A stretch of DNA of 35,867 nucleotides. Origin: Myxococcales bacterium. GTDB taxonomy: Bacteria > Myxococcota_A > Polyangia > Polyangiales > Houyiibacteriaceae. Shown in pieces: positions 8,460 to 20,754 of this stretch (the first letter of the stretch is position 1; each line of letters opens with the position of its first letter). Location: contig JAACVI010000224.1 in assembly GCA_009992505.1 (NCBI GenBank), positions 1-35,867 of the forward strand, written 5' to 3'. A program made the position numbers and the translations under genes. The notes under the pieces were generated by a model, which was not told the DNA's origin, did not search any database, and was given only the letters and a program-made list of their open reading frames with translations.

Positions 8460-10625
8460 ATGAGCTCCACCAGGCGCATCCACTTCCGCACCTGCACCCT
8501 ATGTGAGGCCATGTGTGGCCTCCGGCTCACGCTCGAAGACGAGCGGGTCGTGGACCTTCGAGGCGACCCGCTCGATCCTGGCAGTCAGGGACACATCTGC
8601 CCCAAGGCCTGGGCGCTGGTGGATCTGCAGGACGATCCCGACCGCATCGCGCGGCCTCTGCGGCGCAAAGGCCGTGATTTCGAGCAGGTGCCCTGGGACG
8701 AGGCGCTGGACGAGGCCGCCGAGCGGCTCGACGCCCTCAGGGTCGCACACGGGCCCAACAGCCGCGCCATCTACCTGGGCAATCCCACCATCCACAACCT
8801 GGGTGCCATGGCCTTCGGGCCGGCGCTGATGCGCGCGCTCGGCACCCAGAACCGCTTCAGCGCCACCTCGGTCGACCAGCTGCCGCACATGGTGGTGGCC
8901 CAGCAGATGTGGGGCCATCCGCTGCTCCTGCCCGTGCCCGACCTGGACCGCACGGATCTACTGGTGATCATGGGCGCCAACCCCGCCGTCTCCGCGGGCA
9001 GCTTGATGGGCGCGCCGGGCTTTCCGAAGCGCATGCGCGCGTTGCGCGAACGAGGCGGGCGCCTCTGGGTCTTCGATCCGCGGCACAGCGAGACCGCCCG
9101 CCTGGCCGACGTGCACCATTTCGTGAAGCCCGGGAGCGACGGCTGGCTGTTGCTCGCGATCCTGCGTCGACTGATCGCCCGGGGCGCGCAGCCGCCGCGC
9201 ATGGGACTGCCGGTCGACGGCCTCACGACGCTGCAGGCGGCTCTGGCGGAGCTCGCTGACTTCGACCTCTTTGCGCGCACGGGCGTGCCCCAGTCCGTGG
9301 CCGACGAAGTGGCAGACGCCCTGCGCGACACGCCCAAAGCCGCGCTCTACGGTCGCATGGGCCTGTCGACGCAGCGCTTCGGGACTCTGTGTCAGTGGTT
9401 GATCAACTTGATCAACCTCTTCGCCGGACAGCTCGACCGTGAGGGAGGCGTCCTCTTCAGCGCACCGGCGGTGGAGACGCGCGACGCGCCGAGGGGCATG
9501 GGGGTGAGCCGCGCTGGCTTCGGGCGCTTCACGAGTCGCGTGCGCGGGCTGCCCGCCTTCGGTGGTGAGCTCCCCGTCGCATGTCTGGCGGAGGAGATCC
9601 TCACGCCGGGAGACGGCCAGGTACGCGGACTCGTGACCTTCGCCGGCAACCCCGTGCTCTCCACGCCGAACGGACGACGGCTCGACGAGGCGCTGGCGTC
9701 CCTCGACTTCATGCTCTCCATCGACCTCTACCTGAACGAGACCACGCGGCACGCCCACCTGATCCTGCCGCCCGCCCCTCCCCTCGCGCGCAGCCACTAC
9801 GACCTCGCGCTGCACCTCTTGGCCACCCGGGACACGGCCAAGTACTCGCCGCCCTGCTTCGACAAAGACGCTGGCGCAAAGGACGATTGGCAGATCCTCA
9901 GCGGTCTGGCGCGACGCCTCTTGCGACGCTCGGGCGCGCCTCGATCCGTGCGGGCGACCGCCGCGGCGCTCCACGCGCTGGGCCCGGAGGGCATCCTCGG
10001 TCTCGGCCTGAGGCTGGGCCCCCACGGCGTGCGCGCGTGGCCGCCGAGGCGCGGCTTGAGTCTGGCGAAGCTGCGCGAACGGCCCCACGGCGTCGACCTG
10101 GGTCCGAGACGCGCGGGCACGTTGCCGGAGCGCGTCCCCAAGGGCACGCACCTGAACCTCGCGCCAGAGCGCTTGCTCGCGGACCTGAAACGATTGGCGA
10201 GCGAGGCGCGCAGCAGCGCGGAGGACGGCGCGCAGAGCTTGGCCTTGATCGGTCGACGTCAGCTCCGAAGCAACAATTCCTGGCTGCACAACAGCGAGCG
10301 CCTGATGCGCGGCGGCGATCGATGCAGCGTGATGGTGCATCCGGACGACGCGACCCGGCTCGGGCTCACGCACGGTGGACGAGCCGAGATCCGCACGGAG
10401 GTCGGCGCGGTGATCGCGCTCGTGGAGGTCACGGCGGAGATGATGCCCGGCGTCGTGAGCCTGCCCCACGGCTTCGGACACGATCGAGACGGCGCGCGCC
10501 TTCGGGTGGCGAGTCGCGCGCCCGGTGTGAGCCTGAACGATCTGAGCTCCGAGCTCCGACTGGACGAGGCGTCGGGCAACGCCGCCTTCAGTGGGCAGCC
10601 GGTTCAGCTGCGTCCGTCGGACTGA
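8460..10625 (+). CDS. Molybdopterin (Mo/W-bisPGD) oxidoreductase with an N-terminal 4Fe-4S motif; substrate unknown
   Basis: TCTLCEAMCG...HICPK Fe-S motif, MGANPAVS, IDLYLNETTRHAHLILP and a C-terminal molybdopterin-binding domain (RRQLRSNNSW...HPDDA...PGVVSLPHGFG). No Tat signal is visible. Confidence 0.9.
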   Translation: MSSTRRIHFRTCTLCEAMCGLRLTLEDERVVDLRGDPLDPGSQGHICPKAWALVDLQDDPDRIARPLRRKGRDFEQVPWDEALDEAAERLDALRVAHGPNSRAIYLGNPTIHNLGAMAFGPALMRALGTQNRFSATSVDQLPHMVVAQQMWGHPLLLPVPDLDRTDLLVIMGANPAVSAGSLMGAPGFPKRMRALRERGGRLWVFDPRHSETARLADVHHFVKPGSDGWLLLAILRRLIARGAQPPRMGLPVDGLTTLQAALAELADFDLFARTGVPQSVADEVADALRDTPKAALYGRMGLSTQRFGTLCQWLINLINLFAGQLDREGGVLFSAPAVETRDAPRGMGVSRAGFGRFTSRVRGLPAFGGELPVACLAEEILTPGDGQVRGLVTFAGNPVLSTPNGRRLDEALASLDFMLSIDLYLNETTRHAHLILPPAPPLARSHYDLALHLLATRDTAKYSPPCFDKDAGAKDDWQILSGLARRLLRRSGAPRSVRATAAALHALGPEGILGLGLRLGPHGVRAWPPRRGLSLAKLRERPHGVDLGPRRAGTLPERVPKGTHLNLAPERLLADLKRLASEARSSAEDGAQSLALIGRRQLRSNNSWLHNSERLMRGGDRCSVMVHPDDATRLGLTHGGRAEIRTEVGAVIALVEVTAEMMPGVVSLPHGFGHDRDGARLRVASRAPGVSLNDLSSELRLDEASGNAAFSGQPVQLRPSD

Positions 10626-11532
10626 CGGGCGAGAGCCCCGCCGAGCCTAGCTGGAGCATGAGAGGGTGGTCGGGGAGCACGGCGCCGTCTGCGGATCGCG
10701 CGTGGGGCGCACCCAACGCGCCCGCGAGCGCCGAGAGCTGACCGCCCTGCCCGCTCATGACCGCCCCCGCTCGGAACGCCGGCCAGGCGGAGACGCTCCC
10801 GAGCAGGTGCGCTCCCGCGATGAACTCGGTCAGCGAGGGTTCGCCCGCCTGCACGCCATCGAAGCCCAGGGCGAGGTCGGAGGCAGGCGACGCCCAGGAG
10901 ATCAGGTAGCGCGGTCCTGTGTCGGGCACGCTGTCGCCCAGCGCGTCGAGGTCGTCCGAGCCGAAGCCGCACGCGTCGTCCGTGCGCGCGTAGCGCCCCT
11001 CGGGCGCACCCGAGAGCAGCATCAGCGAGGTCGTGCCCATGTGCACCACGCGCAATCCGCGTGCGTCGACCACACCCTTGGCGTCGTCGCCCAGAGCCTC
11101 GAAGGCCTGGCTGAGCGTCGCCGCCTCGTCGCGACCTCCGCCGAGCACGAAACACGGGCGTTCGGTCGCGGCCAACGCGCGCAGCGTTCGCTCGGCCGCG
11201 GCCTCGTCGTCGCCCACGCCACCAAGCACGAACAAGACGTCCGCGCCCTGACCGACCAGGGCCGTGAGCCCGACGGCGAGGTCGCTCGCGTGGGGGGCAG
11301 GCCCACGCAGGAAGGCGACGTGCTGCGGCGATGGAGCGAAGCGCAGCTCACGTCCGTCGACCTGAAAGGAGACCCCGCCGACGCTGCGGCTGCCCGCCGC
11401 CGGTGGGGGCAGCTCGGCGCAGCGCACGTAGGGCGAGTCTCCACCGACGCGCAGGTCGCCCACGGGATCGCAGGGATGGCACGCAAGCGCGCTCACGGAG
11501 AGCAGGAGAACAGGGAGGAAACGACCGCGCAT
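10588..11532 (-). CDS. Lipoprotein with a degenerate metallophosphoesterase-like fold
   Basis: Lipobox SALA-C. The strand/loop pattern GADVLFVLGGVG...PCFVLGGGRDE...YLISWASP resembles calcineurin-like phosphoesterases but lacks the metal ligands. Confidence 0.6.
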   Translation of the reverse strand: MRGRFLPVLLLSVSALACHPCDPVGDLRVGGDSPYVRCAELPPPAAGSRSVGGVSFQVDGRELRFAPSPQHVAFLRGPAPHASDLAVGLTALVGQGADVLFVLGGVGDDEAAAERTLRALAATERPCFVLGGGRDEAATLSQAFEALGDDAKGVVDARGLRVVHMGTTSLMLLSGAPEGRYARTDDACGFGSDDLDALGDSVPDTGPRYLISWASPASDLALGFDGVQAGEPSLTEFIAGAHLLGSVSAWPAFRAGAVMSGQGGQLSALAGALGAPHARSADGAVLPDHPLMLQLGSAGLSPVSPTDAAEPAAH

Positions 11533-11672
11533 GCTTGGCCATACCCTCCCTGGAACGCGGCGCCAAGCCTCGGATCGGCGAGCGCGGTCCCGGGCGCGCG
11601 GGCGGCTCGAGGCAGCCGCGCGTGCTAGGGTCTCTGCCCCCTTCGCACGCGACGCGAAGCCACGGAGCCCCG

Positions 11673-12515
11673 ATGAACCCAGACTTCCGAAGTTTCCGAG
11701 GAACCGACTCCTACCTCACGAGCGAGGGCCTCGAAGCCGCCGTGGATTGCGCGCTGACTCTGGAGCGACCGCTCTTGGTGCGGGGCGAGCCCGGCACGGG
11801 CAAGACGCTCCTGGCCGAAGCCGTCAGCCAAGCGCTGGGCCTGCCGCTGATCCGCTGGCAGGTGAAGAGCACCACGCGCGCGCAGGACGGACTCTACGTC
11901 TACGACACCGTGCAGCGGCTCTACGACTCGCGCTTCGACGATCGCGCGGTGGACGACATCTCGCACTACATCAAGCTCGGTGCCATGGGTCAGGCCTTCG
12001 ACGCCAAGGAGCGCGTCGTCCTTCTGATCGACGAGATCGACAAGGCGGACGTGGAGTTCCCCAACGATCTGTTGAACGAGCTCGACCGCATGCGCTTCCG
12101 CATCGACGAGACGCAGCGCGAAGTGGTGGCCGTGCATCGGCCCTTCGTGCTGATCACGAGCAACGCGGAGAAGGAGCTACCGGACGCTTTCCTGCGTCGC
12201 TGCGTGTTCCACTTCATCGACTTTCCCGAGCGCGAGCTGATGCGCCGCATCGTGGACGTGCACCATCCGAACGTGAACGAGGCGTTGGTGGAACAGGCCC
12301 TCGAAGCCTTCTACGGCATTCGCGGCATGCGCCGCCTGCGCAAGCCACCGAGCACGAGCGAGCTCATCGACTGGGTCACCGTGCTGCTTCAGGCCGGCAT
12401 CGGCGAGGTCAGGCTCGCCCAGGAGCTGCCCTTCCTCGGCACCTTGCTGAAGAAGGAGCAGGACCTCGCGTCCTTCGCTGATCAACTCGCCGGCGGTCGT
12501 CGCTTCCGCTCATGA
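11673..12515 (+). CDS. MoxR-family AAA+ ATPase (PA2707/CoxD-like)
   Basis: Walker A GEPGTGKT, Walker B LLIDEIDKAD and ITSNAEKELPDAFLRRC. Start ATG 11673 has a GGAG SD. Confidence 0.92.
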   Translation: MNPDFRSFRGTDSYLTSEGLEAAVDCALTLERPLLVRGEPGTGKTLLAEAVSQALGLPLIRWQVKSTTRAQDGLYVYDTVQRLYDSRFDDRAVDDISHYIKLGAMGQAFDAKERVVLLIDEIDKADVEFPNDLLNELDRMRFRIDETQREVVAVHRPFVLITSNAEKELPDAFLRRCVFHFIDFPERELMRRIVDVHHPNVNEALVEQALEAFYGIRGMRRLRKPPSTSELIDWVTVLLQAGIGEVRLAQELPFLGTLLKKEQDLASFADQLAGGRRFRS

Positions 12516-13708
12516 GCGCCGCGCTCGTCGTCCCCTTCCTGTATGCGCTGCGAAGCCGCGGTGTGCCCGTCGGTGCGCAGGAGGCCGTGGCCCTGGCCGA
12601 GGCGCTGGGCCATGGCTTGCACAACAGCTCCCTCGATCGCTTCTATCACGTGGCGCGCGCGGTGATGGTGCACTCCGAGCGACACCTCGACGCCTTCGAT
12701 CAGGCGTTCTCGGCGCATTTCCGTGGCGTGGACGTCCCGGCCGCCGCGATCCACGACGAGCTGCTCGAGTGGTTGAAGCAGGCGGCGGGCCAGCGCCCCG
12801 AGCTGACGGATGAAGAGCGCGCTCTCTTCGACGCCATGGATCCGGAGGAGATCGAGCGCCTGTTGCGGGAACGACTCGAGAACCAGAAGGAGCGCCACGA
12901 CGGAGGCAGCCGCCACATCGGCACCGGGGGCAAGTCGCCCTTCGGTCACTCGGGTGCCGCGCGCAAGGGCATCCGCATCGGCGGCAGAAGCGGAGGCCGC
13001 AGCGCGATCCGGGTCGCCGACGCGCGGCTCTATCAGGGCTACCGCGAAGACCTCGTGCTCGACGTGCGGCAGATGCAGGTGGCGCTGCGCAAGCTGCGCG
13101 CCTTCAACCGCGAAGGCGGCGAACGCGAGCTCGACATCGAGGGCACCATCGACGCCACGGCCTCGAACGCGGGAGAGCTCGAGGTGATCACGCGGCCGCC
13201 GCGGCGCCCTGACACGCGCTTGATCCTGCTGATGGACGTCGGCGGATCCATGGATCCCTACGCCCACCTGGTGTCGAGGCTGTTCAGCGCCGCCAAGAAG
13301 TCGACGCACTTCAAGGAGCTGCACACCTACTACTTCCACAACTGCGTGTACGGACGCGTGTACGGGACCGAGAACTTCGACCAACCGAAGCTGGTGCCCG
13401 ATCTGCTGCACGAGTGTGGCCCCCACTTCAAGCTCGTCCTCGTGGGCGACGCCTTGATGGCGCCCTACGAGTTGATGGCGGAGGGTGGCTTCCGCGACAT
13501 CGAGGGCGACGAGCGCACGTCCGGACTCGCCTGGCTGATGCGCCTGCGCGAACACTTCCACCGCAGCGTCTGGCTGAATCCGGAGCCCAAGCGCATGTGG
13601 CGCGGCAACACCATCGAGACCTTGGCTGAGGTCTATCCCATGTTTCCCCTCACGCTCGAAGGGCTCGGCGAAGGCATGTCGCACCTGGTGCGCGTCGGTC
13701 GCGGCTGA
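12512..13708 (+). CDS. VWA-domain protein (CoxE/COG3825-like), partner of the MoxR ATPase
   Basis: ATGA overlap with the ATPase. Motifs IGTGGKSPFGHSG, ELDIEGTIDATA, MIDAS-like LMDVGGSMD, YFHNC, VGDALMAPYE and VWLNP. Confidence 0.9.
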   Translation: MSAALVVPFLYALRSRGVPVGAQEAVALAEALGHGLHNSSLDRFYHVARAVMVHSERHLDAFDQAFSAHFRGVDVPAAAIHDELLEWLKQAAGQRPELTDEERALFDAMDPEEIERLLRERLENQKERHDGGSRHIGTGGKSPFGHSGAARKGIRIGGRSGGRSAIRVADARLYQGYREDLVLDVRQMQVALRKLRAFNREGGERELDIEGTIDATASNAGELEVITRPPRRPDTRLILLMDVGGSMDPYAHLVSRLFSAAKKSTHFKELHTYYFHNCVYGRVYGTENFDQPKLVPDLLHECGPHFKLVLVGDALMAPYELMAEGGFRDIEGDERTSGLAWLMRLREHFHRSVWLNPEPKRMWRGNTIETLAEVYPMFPLTLEGLGEGMSHLVRVGRG

Positions 13709-13761
13709 AGCTCGCGCTCGCTGGGCTTGCCCGGATGGCGGCTTGCGGCTAATCGCAGGGC

Positions 13762-15027
13762 ATGACGAAGCTCCGCTCCGTGAAGGGGATGAACGACATC
13801 TTGCCCGAGGAGATGCCTCGCTGGCATCGGCTCGAGCGCGAGCTCACGCGTGTGTTCGCGCTCCACGGCTACGCCGAAGTGCGAACGCCCGTGCTGGAGA
13901 AGACGGCGCTCTTCACCCACTCCATCGGCGAGGCGACCGACATCGTCAACAAGGAGATGTACACCTTCGTCGACAAGGGCGAGGAGTCGTTGACGCTGCG
14001 CCCCGAGGGCACGGCGTCCTGTGCGCGCGCCTATCTGGAGCACTCCGCGGGCGAGCGACAGCCGGTCAACAAGTGGTTCTACGTCGGCCCGATGTACCGC
14101 CGCGAACGCCCCGCGCGAGGCCGCTACCGCCAGTTCTATCAGGCGGGCGTGGAGTGCTACGGCGATCCCGGGCCCTACGTGGATGCTGAGATGATCGACA
14201 TGAGCGTCTCGCTGCTCGCGGCCCTCGGCATCACGGAGGTGCGCGTTCTGCTCAACTCCCTCGGCGGCAAGGAGACGCGCGCGCGCTATCGCGAGGCACT
14301 CAAGGCCTTCTTCGAACCGCATCGCGAGGCACTGAGCGCCGAGAGCCAGACCCGGCTCGAGCTGAACCCACTGCGCATCCTCGACAGCAAGTCGCTCACG
14401 GATCAGGAGATCTGCCAGGGCGCGCCGCCGATCCTGGACTTCCTCGGCCCCGAGGACGTCGAGCACTTCGACGGCCTGCGCGCCGCCCTCGACGCGCTCG
14501 GCACACCCTACGAAGTCGACCCCTCGCTGGTGCGCGGCCTCGACTACTACACGCGCACGCTCTTCGAAGTGCAGACGACCAGCGACGAATTGGGCGCTCA
14601 GAGCGCGCTGCTCGGAGGCGGTCGCTACGACGGCATGACCGAAGAGCTCGGCGGCAAGGCCACACCCTCGGTGGGCTTCGCCATGGGCCTGGAGCGTCTG
14701 CTCTTGATGATGCCCGTGACCGAAGAGCCGACCACGCTCGACGCCTTCATGATCACGGCGGGATCGGAGCTGCGCAGCCAGACCCTGGTCCTGGCCAAGG
14801 AGCTGCGCGCGGCGGGGCTCCGAGTCGACGCCGATCTGCGCGGCGGCTCGGTCAAGAGCCAGCTGCGGCGCGCGAGCAAGACCGGCGCACGCTTCGCGCT
14901 CCTGCTGGGTGAGGGCGAGGTCGCCCGTGGCGTGGTGCAGCTGAAGGACCTCGTGGCCCACGAGCAGCGCGATCTGCCCCTCGCCGAAGTCGCACGCGAG
15001 CTGGCAGCGCTCGTGGCCGCGGGCTGA
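13762..15027 (+). CDS. hisS: Histidine--tRNA ligase
   Basis: Motifs KEMYTF, LRPEGTAS, RERPARGRYRQFYQ, LVRGLDYYT and GGGRYD. Confidence 0.97.
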   Translation: MTKLRSVKGMNDILPEEMPRWHRLERELTRVFALHGYAEVRTPVLEKTALFTHSIGEATDIVNKEMYTFVDKGEESLTLRPEGTASCARAYLEHSAGERQPVNKWFYVGPMYRRERPARGRYRQFYQAGVECYGDPGPYVDAEMIDMSVSLLAALGITEVRVLLNSLGGKETRARYREALKAFFEPHREALSAESQTRLELNPLRILDSKSLTDQEICQGAPPILDFLGPEDVEHFDGLRAALDALGTPYEVDPSLVRGLDYYTRTLFEVQTTSDELGAQSALLGGGRYDGMTEELGGKATPSVGFAMGLERLLLMMPVTEEPTTLDAFMITAGSELRSQTLVLAKELRAAGLRVDADLRGGSVKSQLRRASKTGARFALLLGEGEVARGVVQLKDLVAHEQRDLPLAEVARELAALVAAG

Positions 15028-15037
15028 TTCGCGGACG

Positions 15038-15661
15038 CTAGTTCTCGGACTGGCCGAGGTCGGGCGGGCGCTCCCGGTCCGTCTGCTGCTGCACGGGGCC
15101 TCGCGGCTGGGCAGCCGCCGGCGCTTGCGGAGCCGCGGGCTGAAGCTCCGCAGGCAGCCAGTTGCCCGCCGGGAACTCCACGAAGAGGAAGGTGTAACCG
15201 CCCGGTCCCGGCTGCGTGTAGACGCGCGGCGTAGCCTGGGCGCGAAGGTCGAAGGCGAACACCAGGTCGTGACGGCCTCGGCGCTCGACGCGAGCCCGCG
15301 TGACGGGCGTGTCGAAGAAGCGCGTCTCCAGCGGCCTGGTGGTGTTGCGCAGATGCGTGCGCGTGTTCTGCAACGTCACCTCGAAGCCGCCGTCGGTGGC
15401 CCGGGTCTGGAACTGAACGGTCTGGGAGAGTTGCAGGAAGAAGCGGGATCCACCGTTGGGCATCGCCTCGAAGCCTGGCCAGGTGACCAACCGGCTGTGC
15501 GCGCGGCGCACGCGCGCTTCGGCGGGAGGGGATCCCGACTCGGGCGTCACGCCCTGATAGGCGGTCGCGTCGGGGGCAGCGGCCACGGGCGCGTCCTGAC
15601 CGAAGGCCACCGACGTGGCTAGGGCCAGAGGAAGGAGGCTCGAGACGAAATATCGGGTCAC
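15038..15661 (-). CDS. Secreted protein, AMIN-domain-like
   Basis: ORF 15038..15754, likely GTG start at 15661, giving the signal peptide VTRYFVSSLLPLALATSVAFG-Q. The core is beta-rich (LETRFFDTPVTRARV...LVFAFDLR). AMIN assignment is inference. Confidence 0.6.
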   Translation of the reverse strand: MTRYFVSSLLPLALATSVAFGQDAPVAAAPDATAYQGVTPESGSPPAEARVRRAHSRLVTWPGFEAMPNGGSRFFLQLSQTVQFQTRATDGGFEVTLQNTRTHLRNTTRPLETRFFDTPVTRARVERRGRHDLVFAFDLRAQATPRVYTQPGPGGYTFLFVEFPAGNWLPAELQPAAPQAPAAAQPRGPVQQQTDRERPPDLGQSEN

Positions 15662-15734
15662 GTCCGAATCGTAGTGCCTGGGACGGGGCGACTGCAAAGA
15701 AGTGCGGAGAGCAGCGGCGTCCGACCCGTCCCGT

Positions 15735-16634
15735 TCAGGCGCAGCGGAAGCCACGCACGACCCTCAGAGTCCCCTTGGCGTGGCCTTGGCCAATCGCGAC
15801 CAGGCTGCCGTCCGGTCCCAGCAAGGCGAGGGGCTGATCGCCGACCCGCACCGCCTGGGACGTGTAGTCCGCGGCGCGCACGAGCCGTCCGTGGAAGGCG
15901 TCGTTGGCCCCGGCGGCGCTCAGCTCCACCTGAGGCAGATGCGCGACGGCGTCCGCGAGGGAGAGCAGGGACGAGGCCAGGCGTTCGGGACCATCGGTCG
16001 CCAGCAAGGCGTCCAAGGGGACGGCGTCACGCAGCTCGAGCGCGCCGCTCGCCTCACGCCTCAAGGCCTCGAGGTGGCCGCGGGTACCGAGCGCGAGCCC
16101 CAGGTCGCGGGCCAGAGAGCGCACGTAGTAGCCCTTGGCGACACCGACCCGGAGCGTGACGAGCCCATCCGCGTAGGTGAGCCCATCGAACCAGCGCATG
16201 CGAACGGCGCGAATCGGCGCCTCGACCTCTTCGCCGCGCCGATAGCGCTCGTGCAGCGCGCGCCCGTTCACCTTCAACGCGCTGACCACGGGAGCGCGTT
16301 GCTGCTGCGGCCCGAGGAACGACTCCACGACGCGACGCACGCCGCCCACGTCGAGCGCCGGCACAGGAGCGCGCTCCACGACCTCGCCCTCCGCATCCAG
16401 AGTGTCGGTCTCGCTGCCCAGCCGAATCGCGGCGCGGTAGACCTTGTCGTCCGCCGTCAGATAGGAGGCCAGCTTCGTGCCCTCGCCCAGGAGCACGACC
16501 AACACCCCCGTGGCCATGGGATCGAGCGTCCCCGCGTGGCCGACGCTGCGCTGTCCAGCGACGCGGCGGACGCGGGCGACGACGTCGTGAGACGACAAGC
16601 CACCGGGCTTGTCCACCACCAGTACGCCGTTCAT
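15735..16634 (-). CDS. truB: tRNA pseudouridine(55) synthase
   Basis: Motifs VDKPGGLSSHDVV, GHAGTLDPMATGVL, SALKVNG and GYYVRSLARDLG. Confidence 0.96.
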   Translation of the reverse strand: MNGVLVVDKPGGLSSHDVVARVRRVAGQRSVGHAGTLDPMATGVLVVLLGEGTKLASYLTADDKVYRAAIRLGSETDTLDAEGEVVERAPVPALDVGGVRRVVESFLGPQQQRAPVVSALKVNGRALHERYRRGEEVEAPIRAVRMRWFDGLTYADGLVTLRVGVAKGYYVRSLARDLGLALGTRGHLEALRREASGALELRDAVPLDALLATDGPERLASSLLSLADAVAHLPQVELSAAGANDAFHGRLVRAADYTSQAVRVGDQPLALLGPDGSLVAIGQGHAKGTLRVVRGFRCA

Positions 16635-17608
16635 CGCGACAGCAAGGGCAGAACCTCAGCCCGCAGACGCTCGACCGTGGCTTCCAGCGAGAGCGTCGAC
16701 AGAGCGCCTGCCGCGGCAGGATGCCCTCCCCCGCCGAAGGCCAACGCCACTTGCGAGACGTCGAGGTGCCCGTTGGAGCGCAGGCTCAGCTTGGTCGCCG
16801 CTCGTCCCTCCTCCGCCGGCCACTCCCAGAAGAGCGCGGAGACCTCCACGCCGTGGAGCATTCGCCCGTAGTTGACCAGGCCATCGACCATGTCGTCGGC
16901 GGCGCCCGTCGCGCGCATCAGCTCGCGGGAGACGCGCAAGATCGCGAGTCGTCCGTCGAACTCCAGACTCAGCCCTTCGACGAGCGCGCCCAGGAGCCGA
17001 AGTCGACCCAGCGGCCAGTCCTCGAAGAGGTGCCGTGACACGGTCCAGGCGTCCGCGCCTGCGTCCAGAAGCTCGGCCCCGAGCCGCATGGTCGCGGCGC
17101 TGGTGCCCAGGTAGCGGAAGCCCCCCGTGTCGGCCGCCAAGGCCGCGTAGAGCGGGGTCGCGGCGTCCCTCGGCAGTGGGTGCACGTCGAGCTCGCGAGC
17201 CAGGCGCACGACCAGCACGGCGGTGGCGCTCGCCGCGGGATCACGCAGCGCCAGGTCCCCGAAATCCGTGTGGGTCGCGTGGTGATCGAGCACGACCAAC
17301 GCCCCTCGGCGATCCGCGCCAGGCATTCCGTCGGGCAGCAGCTCGGGGCTCGCCGTGTCGAGGACGAAGGTGGCGTCGAAGCGAGCGTCCGGCGCGAGCT
17401 CGTGCGCGAGGTGGCCCGCCTGTGCCAGGAAGGTCAACGAGCGAGGTGGCCCGCTGGGCACGAAGAGCGTCGCCCGCTTGCCCAGGGCTCGCAGGATCGA
17501 AGCCAGTCCCAGAGACGAGCCGAGCGCGTCCGCGTCAGGGCGCCGATGAGGCACGACGAGGAAGTCCTCGCCTTCACGAACCAGACGCGCGACCTCGGCC
17601 AGACTCAA
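16631..17608 (-). CDS. nrnA: DHH/DHHA1 phosphoesterase (nanoRNase/pAp phosphatase)
   Basis: Motifs HRRPDADALGS, LDHH, DTGGFRY, SLRS and GGGGHPAAAG. The TTG start at 17608 overlaps the rbfA TGA and follows a GAGGAGG SD. Confidence 0.9.
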   Translation of the reverse strand: MSLAEVARLVREGEDFLVVPHRRPDADALGSSLGLASILRALGKRATLFVPSGPPRSLTFLAQAGHLAHELAPDARFDATFVLDTASPELLPDGMPGADRRGALVVLDHHATHTDFGDLALRDPAASATAVLVVRLARELDVHPLPRDAATPLYAALAADTGGFRYLGTSAATMRLGAELLDAGADAWTVSRHLFEDWPLGRLRLLGALVEGLSLEFDGRLAILRVSRELMRATGAADDMVDGLVNYGRMLHGVEVSALFWEWPAEEGRAATKLSLRSNGHLDVSQVALAFGGGGHPAAAGALSTLSLEATVERLRAEVLPLLSR

Positions 17609-18087
17609 GCATCCTCCTCGGGATCGGTAGGTGTCGGCGGCGCGGGCGCGGCCTCTGGCGCGATCTCCATCAGCAGCTCCTCCATCCGCATTCCGGAGTC
17701 CACGACGTCGTCCCAATGGAACGTGAGCTCGGGCGTGCGCCTCAAGCCGAGGCGACCGCCCAGCGCTCTGCGCAGATGACCGCGCGCGCTCTCGAGGGCC
17801 ACGAGCAACGCCCCCTGACGCTCGGTACGTACACCGGGCCCAGCCGGGACGACGGGCTCATCGCTGCCCTCGTGACGCGCCCGAATCGCATGCCGAGGGT
17901 CGAGGCCATCGTCGAGTAGCCGCACGTAGATGCGCGCAAGGGAGAGGTCCGCAGTCACGCGAACGGCGGACACGATCACGCCCCGTGCCCGCGGATCGCG
18001 AACCGCACCGCGAAGGAACATCTCCGACAACTCGGCGCGGATTCGCTCCGCGACACGATCGGCGCGTTTGGCTTCGCGTTGCATCAT
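17605..18087 (-). CDS. rbfA: Ribosome-binding factor A
   Basis: RADRVAERIRAELS, VRDPR, VTADLSLARIYV and LRRTPELTFHWD, with an internal insertion. Confidence 0.93.
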   Translation of the reverse strand: MMQREAKRADRVAERIRAELSEMFLRGAVRDPRARGVIVSAVRVTADLSLARIYVRLLDDGLDPRHAIRARHEGSDEPVVPAGPGVRTERQGALLVALESARGHLRRALGGRLGLRRTPELTFHWDDVVDSGMRMEELLMEIAPEAAPAPPTPTDPEEDA

Positions 18088-18135
18088 GGATCCATGTCCC
18101 GTCTGGAGGTCTGCGGCGAGGCTCGCCGCCAGGCG

Positions 18136-20750
<2,615 letters not shown>

Positions 20751-20754
<4 letters not shown>

